Source of the DNA: Nitrospirota bacterium
Lineage (GTDB): Bacteria > Nitrospirota > UBA9217
Assembly (NCBI GenBank): GCA_963845065.1
Contig: CAWJQQ010000006.1
Location: forward strand, 32,001-96,000
DNA length: 64,000 nt
Direction of reading: 5' to 3'
Of the stretch, positions 1 to 11,069 are shown piece by piece. Every line of letters begins with the position of its first letter. Positions within the stretch are counted from its first letter, which is position 1. The position numbers and the translations under genes were made by a program. A model generated the notes under the pieces. That model did no database searches and was not told where the DNA came from. It was given only the letters and a program-made list of their open reading frames with translations.

Positions 1-201
1 TCTGTTCGCACTATCCTTTAGTTACCCGCCATCATCCGTAAAAGCAGTTCGCGGCCTTCCGCACACTCTTCAAGAAAGGTTTGGCTTAATCCGATGGAAT
101 CTATCTGGATTTATTTATAGCTCCAAGTGGTCCTCACTGTCAAGGACCGGCTCGGCGCGAGCAGACCTTTTACGCTGGGAACTGAAATGGAGGGAAAAAG
201 A

Positions 202-645
202 TTACGCCGCGTTGCGCTCGCCCTGTACTGCATAGCTCCGGAAATCTTGCTCAATGCCCTGGATAAAATTTTCACGTCGTTTCTTGTAAGAAAAAGTCTT
301 GATACTTATAAAAATCCGGTAATCGATGTAAAAATAAAGCTCAAAACTGCTCACAGCTAATGCGGACAAGATGAAGCCGCTCTTTAGCCGCAGCAATTCC
401 TGATGGGCCTGGAAGTCCACGCCGCACAGCACAATTACGCCCAGGACCAGAACGACAAGGATGAGATTGAAGACCATATAGAATCTGCGCTGGAGCTCCC
501 TGAACTCGATGGACTCCACATAATCAAACATCCTTCCGGCCTTCTCCTCAAACGTTTCCCAGTCACAATTCCGCGCGTAATAGAGAAGCCCGTTGCGATA
601 ACTTTCCACCTCCTGATTGAATAGTTCGGCAAGCTCCTTTTTCAT
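202..645 (-). CDS. hypothetical membrane protein (about 2 TM segments)
   Basis: 147-aa ORF, AGGTGAGA RBS-like upstream, hydrophobic stretches FNLILVVLVLGVIVLCG and GFILSALAVSSF. Confidence 0.7.
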   Translation of the reverse strand: MKKELAELFNQEVESYRNGLLYYARNCDWETFEEKAGRMFDYVESIEFRELQRRFYMVFNLILVVLVLGVIVLCGVDFQAHQELLRLKSGFILSALAVSSFELYFYIDYRIFISIKTFSYKKRRENFIQGIEQDFRSYAVQGERNAA

Positions 646-1079
646 GCCATCTCACCTGCACTTTCTATCAAGGGTCATTCACGGGGGTATCAATAATGCC
701 CTCTGAACTGTATATTTTACCCCGATGGAATGTGCTCGACGATCCCGCTAATGTCTCATTCGCTGCACCGTTCTATATTTTGTATGAGAGCTTTGCAGCG
801 CATTCCCGGAATTTTTTGTTAGCCTCCAGACCGAAAGGATCTTCGGCAACAGGGCCTTGGGTTCTATTTGGGTAGCGCCGCTATTCATTCAGGCCCAGAT
901 AAAGTTCCGCTTGGCTGACGCGAGACGCGTAGCACATCCAAAAATATGCTGTCCTGGTGCGATTGCTGCACTAATCGAGGTCATCTCTTTCTTGTAGACA
1001 TAGCAAAGGGCTGTGAAATATAGCTTGTCCTCCAGGTTCACCTCGCCTTCACGACATAGACAAATTTAGAAAATATAAC

Positions 1080-1095
1080 AGCAAAAATCATGCCG
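1080..1095 (-). promoter_or_regulatory. candidate sigma-54 (-24/-12) promoter
   Basis: minus strand reads CGGCATGATTTTTGCT = GG-N10-GC in a YGGCAY...TTGC context. Confidence 0.45.
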
Positions 1096-1293
1096 AACCA
1101 GTTTCGAGGTACTATAGTAATAAAGGAGCGGACAAAATAAGTCATTTCTTAAGTTTATCAAATGGATAATTCGTTTCGTCTGCTAGGACATGGTTAACTG
1201 TGGCACGTCTCGAGAAAGAGAACCTAAAAAATAGATAGGTCAAAATCATCATCATATAGAAAAATTGACATATTTTTTATTATGTCAAGGTGG

Positions 1294-2565
1294 TTAGAGG
1301 TTTCCCCTCAACCTCTCGGCATTCAATATCCGCTTTACGGCCAGTTCGTATGCCGCCTTGCGCATCCTGCAGCGGCCTTCCCGGCAGCGGCCTTGTACAT
1401 CATTAAAGGCGGAGATCATGGTTTCCTTGAGCCGCGAAAGGACTTTTTCTTCAGGCCAGGTGTCTCCGTTCAGATTCTGGCTCCATTCGAAGTAGCTGAC
1501 CACAACACCTCCCGCGTTTGCGAGAATATCTGGGATGAGGAGGATGTCCCTAGTAAAGAGAATATCATCGGCTGCCGCAGTCGTAGGGGCATTAGCGAGT
1601 TCAAGAATGAACTGCGCCTTCACGTCCTTTGCATTGTTCGCATCGAGCTGATTCGAAAGCGCCGCAGGAATCAGTACATCGCAATCGGTTGTAAGAAGCT
1701 CGGCGTTGGTTATCTCCCTCGCGCCGGAAAAATTAACGATGCTGCCCGTTCTTTTTTTGTGCTCTCCGACTGCGGGGATATCGAGGCCTTGCGGGTTGAG
1801 TATACCTCCGTTGACATCGCTCACAGCTATGACAGTATAGCCTCGTTCGTAAAGGATCTGCGCTGTATTTTCGCCAACATTACCAAACCCCTGGACTGCA
1901 ACGCGCATCCCATGGGAATCCCTCCCACGGTCCTCTAAGGCCTGTTCGAGCACATGGATACCACCCAAAGCAGTGGAATATCGGCGTGCGACGATACCTC
2001 CGAGTTCAGGAGGTTTCCCGGTGACCACAGCGGGCACATGCTCACGCTTGATCCTTTCGAATTCATCGAGGATCCAAGCCATGATTTGTTCGTCAGTGTA
2101 GACATCGGGCGCGGGAATATCTTTAAATGGGCCGATGTAGTCGGCGATGGCCCGGATATAGCCCCGCGTCACGAGTTCGAGATCCCGCCGGGAAATGTCC
2201 ATGGGATTGACGACCACACCGCCTTTTGCACCTCCGAAAGGAATGTTCACAACCGCACACTTGAGGGCCATGAGAAATGCAAGTTCTCCTGCGTGGTCTG
2301 CATCCATCTCCGGGTGGAACCGGATGCCCCCTTTGGCAGGCCCGCGGGCGTCATTGTATTGCACGCGAAAACCTGTGAACATCTGCGTTTTGCCTGTAGT
2401 CATCTTGACTGGGAAGCTTACCGTGAAGGTCTGCCGCGGCACTGACAGGAGGTCCAGAGCATCTTGGGTGAGTCCAAGTTCGATGTAGATCGTCTGCAGT
2501 TCGGTCATGCCGACGCTACGAAGATCTTTTTCGTCTCGGTGGAGACGGTCGTGATTGCGATTCAT
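1294..2565 (-). CDS. gdhA: Glu/Leu/Phe/Val dehydrogenase (glutamate dehydrogenase)
   Basis: GPAKGGIRF, PFGGAKGG, DIPAPDV, VTGKP, QGFGNVG; start placed at ATG 2565 after GAGGTG. Confidence 0.93.
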   Translation of the reverse strand: MNRNHDRLHRDEKDLRSVGMTELQTIYIELGLTQDALDLLSVPRQTFTVSFPVKMTTGKTQMFTGFRVQYNDARGPAKGGIRFHPEMDADHAGELAFLMALKCAVVNIPFGGAKGGVVVNPMDISRRDLELVTRGYIRAIADYIGPFKDIPAPDVYTDEQIMAWILDEFERIKREHVPAVVTGKPPELGGIVARRYSTALGGIHVLEQALEDRGRDSHGMRVAVQGFGNVGENTAQILYERGYTVIAVSDVNGGILNPQGLDIPAVGEHKKRTGSIVNFSGAREITNAELLTTDCDVLIPAALSNQLDANNAKDVKAQFILELANAPTTAAADDILFTRDILLIPDILANAGGVVVSYFEWSQNLNGDTWPEEKVLSRLKETMISAFNDVQGRCREGRCRMRKAAYELAVKRILNAERLRGNL

Positions 2566-2669
2566 GTTCACCTCGGAAGTTTCTCTAAGAGTTGAAAGAT
2601 TTGAGTTTGGAGAAAAATCTTTCCACACTCAAATCGCACACTTCGTATTACCAACGCTGACTCCAACTA

Positions 2670-4091
2670 TCATTTCACCAGTCCCGTCTTCCTCGCCGTT
2701 TCAGAAACGGCGGCAGCAACATGGGCCGGAACCTTCCTATCAAAGGGACTTGGAATGATATAATCCTCATGTAACTCTTCCGTCTCGATACAGTGGGCTA
2801 TGGCCTTTGCAGCAGCGAGTTTCACGGCTTCGTTTACACCATGGGCACGCACGTCAAGGAGCCCGCGGAAGATGCCAGGGAAGCCGAGCATGTTGTTGAT
2901 CTGGTTCGGATAGTCGGATCGTCCCGTTGCCATGATCCGCACCAAGTCATGAACGTCCTCGGGCGAAATTTCGGGGTCAGGGTTTGCAAGTGCGAAAACG
3001 ACGGGATCCTTCGCCATTTTCTTAACATCCTCGGCGGAAATGACGTTCGGAGCCGAAAGACCAATGAAGATGTCAGCTCCCCTCATGGCTTCTGAAATCC
3101 CACCCTTCAAGTTCCGCGGGTTCGTAATTTTAGCAAGCTCGCGTTTGGCGGGGTCCATGCCCAGCTTTCTGCCAACGGAGAGGACGCCTGTGCTATCGCA
3201 TACGGTAATGTCCTTGACGCCCGATGTCAGGAGGATTTTGGTTACAGCCGTACCCGCGGCGCCTGCACCTACTACGACGACCTTGAACTTTTTAATGTCC
3301 CGTTTCAAGAGTCGCGAGACATTGATGAGTGCGGCTAGTGCAACAACCGATGTCCCGTGCTGGTCATCATGGAATACGGGAATGTCGAGCAGTTTTCTAA
3401 GTCTTTTTTCTACCGCAAAACAGTGTGGCGCGGAAAAATCTTCAAGGTTGATGCCACCGAACGTCGGCGCTATATTCTTCACGGTCTCAACAATCTCGTC
3501 CACGTTTTTCGTGGCGAGCACGATCGGGAAGGCATCGATATTGGCGAACTCCTTAAAGATCATTGCCTTCCCCTCCATAACGGGAAGCGCTGCTTCGGGC
3601 CCGATGTCACCGAGACCCAGGACAGCCGTGCCGTCAGATATGACGGCAACAGAATTACCCTTTAAAGTGTAGCGATAGGCATGCTCTTTGTTCTCAAAGA
3701 TGTCCATGCACACGCGCGCCACGCCCGGGGTATAGACCTTGGAGAGGTCGCTCCGGTCTCGTACTGGCAGCTTGTTTTTGATCTCGATCTTACCACCTTC
3801 GTGTGCTAGGAAGGTGCGGTCAGAGACCCTAATGACCTTAACGCCTGTCACAGTCTTGATCGCTTTTACAATTGCCTTCTCGTGTTCCTCATTCTGGGCG
3901 TTTACGGTGATATCGCGGATGATCTTGCCCTTCTCCACGCGCACGATGTCCACGGAGCCAAGGTCGCCCCCCGCACTAGAAATAGCCGTGGCAATCCTCG
4001 CGAACATTCCAATCTTGTTCTCGATCTCAACTCTGATGCTGATGCTGTAACTGGGACTGCAACTGTAGTCGGAAGTGCATGCGTCGTTCAT
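2670..4091 (-). CDS. NAD(P)-dependent malic enzyme with N-terminal ACT domain
   Basis: YTPGVA, DGTAVLGLGDIG, INLED, FHDDQHGT, GAGAAG, ALANP, GRSDYPNQINN; ACT-like N-terminus. Confidence 0.93.
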   Translation of the reverse strand: MNDACTSDYSCSPSYSISIRVEIENKIGMFARIATAISSAGGDLGSVDIVRVEKGKIIRDITVNAQNEEHEKAIVKAIKTVTGVKVIRVSDRTFLAHEGGKIEIKNKLPVRDRSDLSKVYTPGVARVCMDIFENKEHAYRYTLKGNSVAVISDGTAVLGLGDIGPEAALPVMEGKAMIFKEFANIDAFPIVLATKNVDEIVETVKNIAPTFGGINLEDFSAPHCFAVEKRLRKLLDIPVFHDDQHGTSVVALAALINVSRLLKRDIKKFKVVVVGAGAAGTAVTKILLTSGVKDITVCDSTGVLSVGRKLGMDPAKRELAKITNPRNLKGGISEAMRGADIFIGLSAPNVISAEDVKKMAKDPVVFALANPDPEISPEDVHDLVRIMATGRSDYPNQINNMLGFPGIFRGLLDVRAHGVNEAVKLAAAKAIAHCIETEELHEDYIIPSPFDRKVPAHVAAAVSETARKTGLVK

Positions 4092-4428
4092 AAATGATCT
4101 CCTTTTTATTTAATTATAGAATCAATATATCCTATGGTCAACTCTGGTTCGCTGAATATATATGATAGAGATAAAGAGGCAATTCCCCGAACGCAGGATC
4201 CACGTCAATAATTATAATTTGCTGCTTCCTCTTTTTTAAATATCACAGTGCAAAAAAAATGAGGTATGTATAATTCCTCCGTAATTTATCATGAAGTGTC
4301 CTCATTGCAAAGATGCGTAGTTTCGAAACTTATTTGTACTGTTCCTCTGGACTTTTTTGAACTTTGCGATTATACTGCCATCGTTCCGTTTTTCAATATT
4401 CCGGCGCCGGATGTGACAAAGGATTACT

Positions 4429-5823
4429 ATGATCAACTATCGCATCGATAAAGATTCCCTCGGAGAAATAAAGGTCCCTGCAGACGCTCTGTACAGCGCT
4501 CAGACGCAGCGAGCTGTCGAAAACTTCCCCGTGAGCGGCATCGGTTTCCCTCGCGCTTTCCTCCGCGCCCTCGGACTCATCAAGGCCACGGCCGCGGAGG
4601 TGAACTCCGGACTGGCATTGCTCGATGCCGCGATCGCTCAAGCCATTCATCAGGCCGCTCTCGAAATGGCTGATGGAAAATTGGACAACGATTTTCCGCT
4701 CGATATTTTCCAGACAGGCTCCGGTACGTCCACGAACATGAACGCAAACGAGGTCATCGCAAGCCGTGCAACACAAATTCTTGGCGCCTCAGCAATACCC
4801 GTCCATCCCAATAATCATGTGAACATGGGTCAATCATCAAACGACATCATTCCAGCCGCAATCCATGTCAGTTCTTATCTCGAAGTAAATGAAAATCTTC
4901 TGCCGGCACTCAGGCATCTTCAGGGAATGCTCAAAAAACGCGAAGCGGAGTTTCACGATATTGTAAAAACGGGCAGGACGCATTTAATGGATGCCATGCC
5001 GGTGAGGCTCAGCCAGGAAATCAGCGGCTGGGCGTATCAGGTCGAGTTGGCTGTCGCGCGAATAGAATCCACGTTGCCCCGCCTGGCACAGCTTGCTATC
5101 GGCGGCACTGCAGTAGGCACCGGTATCAATGCACCAAAAGAGTTCGGTAAGATCGTCGCAAGCAGGCTTGGTGGCCTCACCAAGCTCCCCTTTGTCGAGG
5201 CCGATAACCATTTTGCTGCGCAGGCGACCATGGATTCCGCTGTTGAGCTCTCCGGCCAGTTAAAAACCACGGCTTCATCATTCATGAAGATGGCCAATGA
5301 CCTCCGCTGGATGAACAGTGGTCCGATTGCAGGACTCGGGGAGATATCCCTCCCGGCACTACAGCCGGGATCGAGCATCATGCCAGGCAAGGTGAACCCT
5401 GTCATGTGTGAGATGATGATGATGGTCTGCGCTCAGATCACGGGGAATGATGTCGCGATCACGATCTGCAATCAGCAGGGCAATTTTGAATTGAACGTTA
5501 TGCTCCCAGCTATAGCGCACAACCTGCTGCAGTCCATTAAACTACTCGGGAACGCATCGCGACTTCTTGCGGACAAGGCCATTGCCGGCTTCACTGTGAA
5601 CAAGGATCGTATTGCGGGCCTTGTGGACCAGAACCCGATCCTAGTAACCGCGCTAAACCCCGTGATCGGTTATGATAAGGCCGCGAAGATTGCGAAAAAA
5701 GCGTATGCAGAAGGACGGTCTGTAAGGGATGTCGCCGCGGAATTGACGAAGCTGTCGAAGGCTGAATTAAATAAGTTGCTCGATCCCATCCCAATGACTG
5801 AGGGCGGGATCACACAGGAGTAG
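4429..5823 (+). CDS. fumC: class II fumarate hydratase
   Basis: FQTGSGTSTNMN, HPNNHVN, GRTHLMDA, GSSIMPGKVNP signature. Confidence 0.96.
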   Translation: MINYRIDKDSLGEIKVPADALYSAQTQRAVENFPVSGIGFPRAFLRALGLIKATAAEVNSGLALLDAAIAQAIHQAALEMADGKLDNDFPLDIFQTGSGTSTNMNANEVIASRATQILGASAIPVHPNNHVNMGQSSNDIIPAAIHVSSYLEVNENLLPALRHLQGMLKKREAEFHDIVKTGRTHLMDAMPVRLSQEISGWAYQVELAVARIESTLPRLAQLAIGGTAVGTGINAPKEFGKIVASRLGGLTKLPFVEADNHFAAQATMDSAVELSGQLKTTASSFMKMANDLRWMNSGPIAGLGEISLPALQPGSSIMPGKVNPVMCEMMMMVCAQITGNDVAITICNQQGNFELNVMLPAIAHNLLQSIKLLGNASRLLADKAIAGFTVNKDRIAGLVDQNPILVTALNPVIGYDKAAKIAKKAYAEGRSVRDVAAELTKLSKAELNKLLDPIPMTEGGITQE

Positions 5824-5850
5824 TTTATCTTTTTCTATTCGAGGGATAGG

Positions 5851-6525
5851 ATGAATATATTACCGGCATCAACAGTTGGGAAAAAAATTCTTATGGCCAT
5901 CTCCGGCCAGATACTTGTTCTCTTTATCATCTTTCACATCGTCGGCAACTCTACGATTTTTTTCCATATGCTGAACACCTACGCTGTGGGTCTCCACCAT
6001 TTGATGCTCTTGGTCTGGGGAGGGCGGATCCTCCTCATAGCTGCCTTCGCAATCCATATTTATTATGGAACAGTGCTCAAGCTTGAGAATTACGCCGCAA
6101 AACCCCAGACCTATGCCGTAAGCCGTTTCCGTCAGGCCACATTCTCAGGACGATACCAGATATGGACAGGAGTTGTGGTTCTTGCTTTTCTCATCTATCA
6201 TTTGCTTCAATTTTCGTTTTTGCTCCTCATAGACCCCGCGATTTCGCCGGTATCCCATCCTGACGCAATGGGCAGGCCCGATGTATTTACGATGGTCGTA
6301 CGAAGTTTCCAGGAACTGGGAATAGTTTTAACCTACATCATTGCCTTAGGAGCGCTTATGCTACATCTGCTCCACGGCATCCAGAGTTCATTCCAAACTT
6401 GGGGCCTCACCAACGAGACGACACTCCCCGTGATCGAAAAGTCCGGGATTGTAGCGTCGATCTTGCTGTTTCTGTGGTATTGTGCAATCCCGAGTGTGAT
6501 CGTTTTGGGGATATTAAAAGGATAA
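5851..6525 (+). CDS. sdhC: succinate dehydrogenase/fumarate reductase cytochrome b subunit (single 5-TM anchor)
   Basis: STVGKKILMAISG, HIVGN, YHL, HLLHGIQSSFQTWG; directly upstream of the flavoprotein. Confidence 0.9.
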   Translation: MNILPASTVGKKILMAISGQILVLFIIFHIVGNSTIFFHMLNTYAVGLHHLMLLVWGGRILLIAAFAIHIYYGTVLKLENYAAKPQTYAVSRFRQATFSGRYQIWTGVVVLAFLIYHLLQFSFLLLIDPAISPVSHPDAMGRPDVFTMVVRSFQELGIVLTYIIALGALMLHLLHGIQSSFQTWGLTNETTLPVIEKSGIVASILLFLWYCAIPSVIVLGILKG

Positions 6526-6598
6526 GGATAATGGGCAAAGAGCAGAGGTATTTGCTTCCCGTACACGACGTGCCCAACACATTGCGCGGAGATAAACT

Positions 6599-8512
6599 AT
6601 GATGCTTGATGGTAAGATTCCTTCGGGCCCACTTCACGAAAAGTGGGATAAAAGACGGGCTGAAATGAAACTGATCAACCCAGCAAACAAACGTAAATAC
6701 CGTATCATCGTCGTGGGTACAGGCCTTGCCGGAGCATCCGCAGCTGCATCACTCGCCGAGCTCGGCTATAATGTGGGGTCATTCTGCTTCCAGGACTCTC
6801 CGCGCCGCGCCCACAGCATCGCAGCCCAAGGCGGCATCAACGCTGCCAAGAACTACCCAAATGACGGCGACAGCATCGAACGATTATTTCACGATACAAT
6901 AAAGGGCGGCGACTTCCGCTCCCGCGAAGGGAACGTGTATCGGCTCGCCCAGGTTAGCGCGAGCATCATCGATCAATGTGTGGCCCAGGGTGTTCCTTTT
7001 GCCCGCGATTATGCCGGCTACCTCACGACCCGCTCCTTCGGCGGCGCACAGGTCTCGCGCACTTTTTATGCACGAGGACAGACGGGCCAGCAGCTCTTGC
7101 TCGGCGCTTACAGTGCACTCTCGCGCCAGATCAAGGCAGGCATGGTAACGCTCCATCCCCGAACAGAAATGCTCGACCTCGTAATCGTAAATGGAGAGGC
7201 CAAGGGGATAACTGTCAGAAATCTCGTGACCGGTGCCATTCAGTCGCACGCTGCAGACGCGGTTTGTCTCTGCACTGGCGGATACGCCAATGTCTTCTTC
7301 CTTTCAACAAACGCTCTGGGCAATAACGTTACTGCCGCATACCGCGCCTACAAGAAGGGCGCTTTCTTCGCAAACCCCTGCTATACTCAGATTCACCCGA
7401 CCTGTATCCCAGTGACCGGCGAGCACCAGGCAAAGCTTACACTCATGTCGGAGTCCCTTCGAAACGATGGGAGGGTCTGGGTGCCAAAGAAAAAAGGCGA
7501 CATCCGGTCTCCCAGCGAAATCCCGGAAGACCAGCGGGATTATTATCTAGAGCGAAAATATCCGGCCTACGGCAACCTTGCACCACGCGATATCGCCTCG
7601 CGTGCAGCGAAAGAAGCATGCGACGACGGACGGGGTGTAGGAACTGGTGGACGGGGTGTGTACCTCGATTTTGCCGACGCGATAAAACGACATGGCGAAA
7701 ATATGATCCGCGAGCGTTATGGCAACTTATTCGAGATGTACGAGCGCATCACGGCCGAGGACGCGTACAGGCGGCCAATGCGCATCTACCCCGCACCGCA
7801 TTACACCATGGGCGGGCTCTGGGTGGATTACAATCTCGAAAGCAACATCCCCGGTCTCTTCGTTCTCGGCGAGGCGAATTTTTCAGACCACGGCGCGAAC
7901 CGCCTCGGCGCAAGCGCGCTCATGCAGGGATTGGCCGACGGTTACTTTGTAATTCCTTATACAATCGCAAACTATCTCGCACGTACTAACCCCGGTGAGG
8001 TAACATCGGCCCATCCGGAATTCATAAAATCGTGGGAAGACGCAGATACAATAACGAAAAAGCTCCTCAGGGTCAGGGGAAAGAAAACAGTCCACGAACT
8101 TCACCGTGAGCTCGGCAAAGTCATGTGGGACCATGTTGGCATGTCCCGCAGCGAGGAAAGTATGAAAAAGGCGATTAAGAGGATACCGGAACTCCGTGCT
8201 GAGTTCTGGGAGAATCTGCTCGTCTCAGGCACTGACACAGACTTGAACCAGGAATTGGAACACGCCGGCCGCCTCGCCGACTTCCTCGAATTCGCCGAAC
8301 TGTTGACGAAAGATGCCTTGCATCGAGATGAATCCTGCGGGGCCCATTTCCGCATCGAGCACCAGACGCCCGACGGAGAAGCGGTCCGGGACGACAAGAA
8401 CTTCAGCTATGTTGCAGCATGGCAGTACAAAGGCACTGACAAGGAGCCGGAACTTCACAAGGAACCACTGACATTCGAGAATGTACAGCTAACGGTGAGA
8501 AATTATAAATAG
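6599..8512 (+). CDS. sdhA: succinate dehydrogenase/fumarate reductase flavoprotein
   Basis: [19 protein letters not shown] (covalent FAD His), [27 protein letters not shown]. Confidence 0.96.
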   Translation: MMLDGKIPSGPLHEKWDKRRAEMKLINPANKRKYRIIVVGTGLAGASAAASLAELGYNVGSFCFQDSPRRAHSIAAQGGINAAKNYPNDGDSIERLFHDTIKGGDFRSREGNVYRLAQVSASIIDQCVAQGVPFARDYAGYLTTRSFGGAQVSRTFYARGQTGQQLLLGAYSALSRQIKAGMVTLHPRTEMLDLVIVNGEAKGITVRNLVTGAIQSHAADAVCLCTGGYANVFFLSTNALGNNVTAAYRAYKKGAFFANPCYTQIHPTCIPVTGEHQAKLTLMSESLRNDGRVWVPKKKGDIRSPSEIPEDQRDYYLERKYPAYGNLAPRDIASRAAKEACDDGRGVGTGGRGVYLDFADAIKRHGENMIRERYGNLFEMYERITAEDAYRRPMRIYPAPHYTMGGLWVDYNLESNIPGLFVLGEANFSDHGANRLGASALMQGLADGYFVIPYTIANYLARTNPGEVTSAHPEFIKSWEDADTITKKLLRVRGKKTVHELHRELGKVMWDHVGMSRSEESMKKAIKRIPELRAEFWENLLVSGTDTDLNQELEHAGRLADFLEFAELLTKDALHRDESCGAHFRIEHQTPDGEAVRDDKNFSYVAAWQYKGTDKEPELHKEPLTFENVQLTVRNYK

Positions 8513-8667
8513 CTGCATTTACCGTGGAGATAGGTCTGCGCGGAGTAACAAGGGTAACAAATGCATTTCGGCTCGTCTTTAAGACCCTAATACTCGACCG
8601 CTCACAATTTTGTCGATCTTCTTGGAGTCTCCGTAACGCCGTGGTCAAACGGTTCTTTCATCCATAA

Positions 8668-8795
8668 TGAACTTCCACGCAGCAAGCTGCGTGGTATCTA
8701 TAAATAGGAAGACGATTATCAATTGAGAAACCTGCGGTTTCTCAAACTCTTCCCTCTATGCGGTGACCCTGTAACAAGCTGCAGGGAATTGCAAG
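8668..8795 (-). mobile_element. non-autonomous IS200/IS605-like miniature element (PATE-like)
   Basis: two related subterminal hairpins (CCACGCAGC-AA-GCTGCGTGG and CCCTGTAAC-AA-GCTGCAGGG); on the minus strand it follows TTTAA and ends GGAAGTTCA, mirroring the tnpB element ends in this window. Confidence 0.7.
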
Positions 8796-8809
8796 TTAAA
8801 GAGGTATTT

Positions 8810-9550
8810 ATGAATCTGACATTATACGTCTGGCGACAGCGCAGCTCATTAGACAAAGGCAAACTGGTACAATACGAAGCGAAAAATATTGAAAGCGACA
8901 TGTCCTTTCTTGAAATGCTCGATGTCCTGAACCAGGAACTTATCAAAAAAGGTGAAGAGCCCATCGCGTTCGACAGCGACTGCCGGGAAGGCATCTGTGG
9001 CATGTGTGGTCAGGTTATTAACGGCTTGCCGCATGGCCCTCAGAAAAAGACGACAGTCTGTCAGCTACATATGCGCCACTTCAAGGATGGCGATACGATC
9101 TACATCGAGCCTTTCCGAGCCAAGGCTTTCCCTGTCATAAAAGACCTTATCGTGGACCGAGGTGCCTTTGACAAGATCATCCAGGCCGGCGGCTACATAT
9201 CGGTCCATACCGGCGGAGTACCGGACGGCAATGTTATCTTAGTCCCCAAAAGGGAAGCAGATACGGCCATGGATGCTGCGGAATGCATCGGTTGCGGGGC
9301 CTGTGTAGCGGCCTGCCCCAACGGCTCGGCCCTGCTCTTTACCTCTGCCAAGGTATCCCACCTCGCTCTGCTGCCACAGGGAAAAGTTGAGGCTGCACGT
9401 CGGGTCTGCGCAATGACCGAGGAGATGCTGAACCAGGGTTTCGGCAACTGCAGTAATCATTATGAGTGCGAATCCGTCTGTCCCAAGGGTATCAAAGTTA
9501 AATTTATCGCAAAGCTAAACCGGGAGTTCATCAAAGCTCAGATTACCTAA
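8810..9550 (+). CDS. sdhB: succinate dehydrogenase/fumarate reductase iron-sulfur subunit
   Basis: [37 protein letters not shown] 8810 after GAGG. Confidence 0.95.
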   Translation: MNLTLYVWRQRSSLDKGKLVQYEAKNIESDMSFLEMLDVLNQELIKKGEEPIAFDSDCREGICGMCGQVINGLPHGPQKKTTVCQLHMRHFKDGDTIYIEPFRAKAFPVIKDLIVDRGAFDKIIQAGGYISVHTGGVPDGNVILVPKREADTAMDAAECIGCGACVAACPNGSALLFTSAKVSHLALLPQGKVEAARRVCAMTEEMLNQGFGNCSNHYECESVCPKGIKVKFIAKLNREFIKAQIT

Positions 9551-9606
9551 AGCCTGCGTTGCGCCGTACGTTCGCAGTAATGGAAACAGGACACGGGAGA
9601 GACACC

Positions 9607-10167
9607 TTGGCGACCATTTTTCGTATTTTGGGCTTTGCCGGTAGTTTAAGAAAAAGTTCTTACAACAAAGCTCTTCTTCGCACAGCAGGGGAACTCCTTC
9701 CGAAAGATGCCGAGCTCGAAATCTTCAACCTCGAAGATATCCCACTTTTTAATGCCGACCTAGAGCAGCAGCCTCCGGCAAAGGTCAAGGAATTCAAAGC
9801 AAAGATCAAATCGGCAGATGCATTGTTGATTGCATCGCCTGAATATAATTATTCAGTCCCGGGAGTGCTCAAGAATGCTATTGACTGGGGATCGCGGCCC
9901 CACGGCGATAACTGTTTCGACGACAAGCCAGTCGCAATCATGGGCGCATCCATCGGCATGCTCGGAACGGCCCGTGCCCAGTACCACCTACGCCAGTCCT
10001 GCGTGTTCCTGAACGCGCATCCCCTTAACCGTCCTGAAGTCATGGTGCCCTTTGCCCAGGATAAGATCGACAAGGGCGGAAAGATGACTGACGAGCGCAC
10101 AAGAGCAAAGATCAAGGAATTGATCGAGAATCTCGCAGTCTGGACTCATCGACTGAAAAAAGCATAA
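9607..10167 (+). CDS. NADPH-dependent FMN reductase (ChrR/SsuE flavodoxin-like)
   Basis: GSLRKSSYN, SPEYNYSVPGVLKNAIDW, GTARAQYHLRQ; start uncertain (TTG 9607 after GGAGA). Confidence 0.9.
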   Translation: MATIFRILGFAGSLRKSSYNKALLRTAGELLPKDAELEIFNLEDIPLFNADLEQQPPAKVKEFKAKIKSADALLIASPEYNYSVPGVLKNAIDWGSRPHGDNCFDDKPVAIMGASIGMLGTARAQYHLRQSCVFLNAHPLNRPEVMVPFAQDKIDKGGKMTDERTRAKIKELIENLAVWTHRLKKA

Positions 10168-10298
10168 TACCATCACCCGAATGCCCCGGGGAAATTTCCG
10201 CAACCTCGCTGCACATTTCATCCCCGCATGCTACAATAGCAGTATCTACTAACCCAAAATACCGCTTGAGCTATTGACTCTTTTCCCGGAGGTGTATC

Positions 10299-10943
10299 AT
10301 GTACGTTTCAAACTGGATGACCGCAAAAGTGTTTACTGCCAACACCGATGACTATCTTTCCGATGCACTAGCGATCATGAAGGGGAAAAACATCAAACAC
10401 GTACCTGTTATAAAAAATGGCAAGCTGAAAGGCATAATCTCCGACCGCGACATTAAGGAATACAGTCCTTCAAAAGCGACGTCGCTGGACATCTATGAAC
10501 TCCACTACCTTTTGGCGAATACGAAGATCAAGGACATCATGACTGAAAAAGTCATTACTACGTCACCCGGAGCGCCGGTGGAAGTGGCGGCAATGATCAT
10601 GCTGGACAAAAACATCGGATGCCTCCCTGTATTGGACAAAGCCGAACTCGTTGGTATCATCTCAGACCGTGACATTTACCATGCGCTAGTGGACATAACC
10701 GGAGTGAGGCACGGCGGCCACAGGATCAGCGTCACGATCGAAGACAGACCAGGATCTATCAAGGAGGTGGCCGACATTATCAGGAGGAACGGTTTTCACC
10801 TTCAGAGCATTCTCACTTCTTACGAAAACGTCAAAAAAGGATATCGCGACGTTGTAATCCGGGCTACGGGAGATGGCGTGTTCAAAAGTCTCTCGAATGA
10901 TCTGGAAACTGCATACAGAAACGTACAAGTTATAAAGGGATAA
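10299..10943 (+). CDS. acuB: CBS pair plus ACT domain protein (AcuB-like)
   Basis: two CBS repeats (HVPVI..GIISDRD, IGCLPV..GIISDRD), PSKATSLDIYEL, C-terminal DRPG ACT. Confidence 0.85.
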   Translation: MYVSNWMTAKVFTANTDDYLSDALAIMKGKNIKHVPVIKNGKLKGIISDRDIKEYSPSKATSLDIYELHYLLANTKIKDIMTEKVITTSPGAPVEVAAMIMLDKNIGCLPVLDKAELVGIISDRDIYHALVDITGVRHGGHRISVTIEDRPGSIKEVADIIRRNGFHLQSILTSYENVKKGYRDVVIRATGDGVFKSLSNDLETAYRNVQVIKG

Positions 10944-11069
10944 AGAGGAATCTCCCCTCCTCCCGTCAAACCCCCCGCTCTTAACCATGGCGGGAGTGGT
11001 CAGTGTGAGTCTCATTAATTCTTGATGGCTATGCTTTCCTCCTACCCATGTTGTTTGTCTGTGGCCTAA

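Noticed and set aside
18..110. Minus-strand stretch loosely like a c-di-GMP-I riboswitch, or a 30-codon ORF
   Set aside because: Lacks the GAAA loop and ACGCAAAGC core; the ORF has no start codon
8518..8648. Imperfect ACCGTGGAG...CTCCG..CCGTGGT inverted repeat after sdhA (similar motif at about 35190 in the rimO tail)
   Set aside because: Too degenerate to define as an element from this window alone
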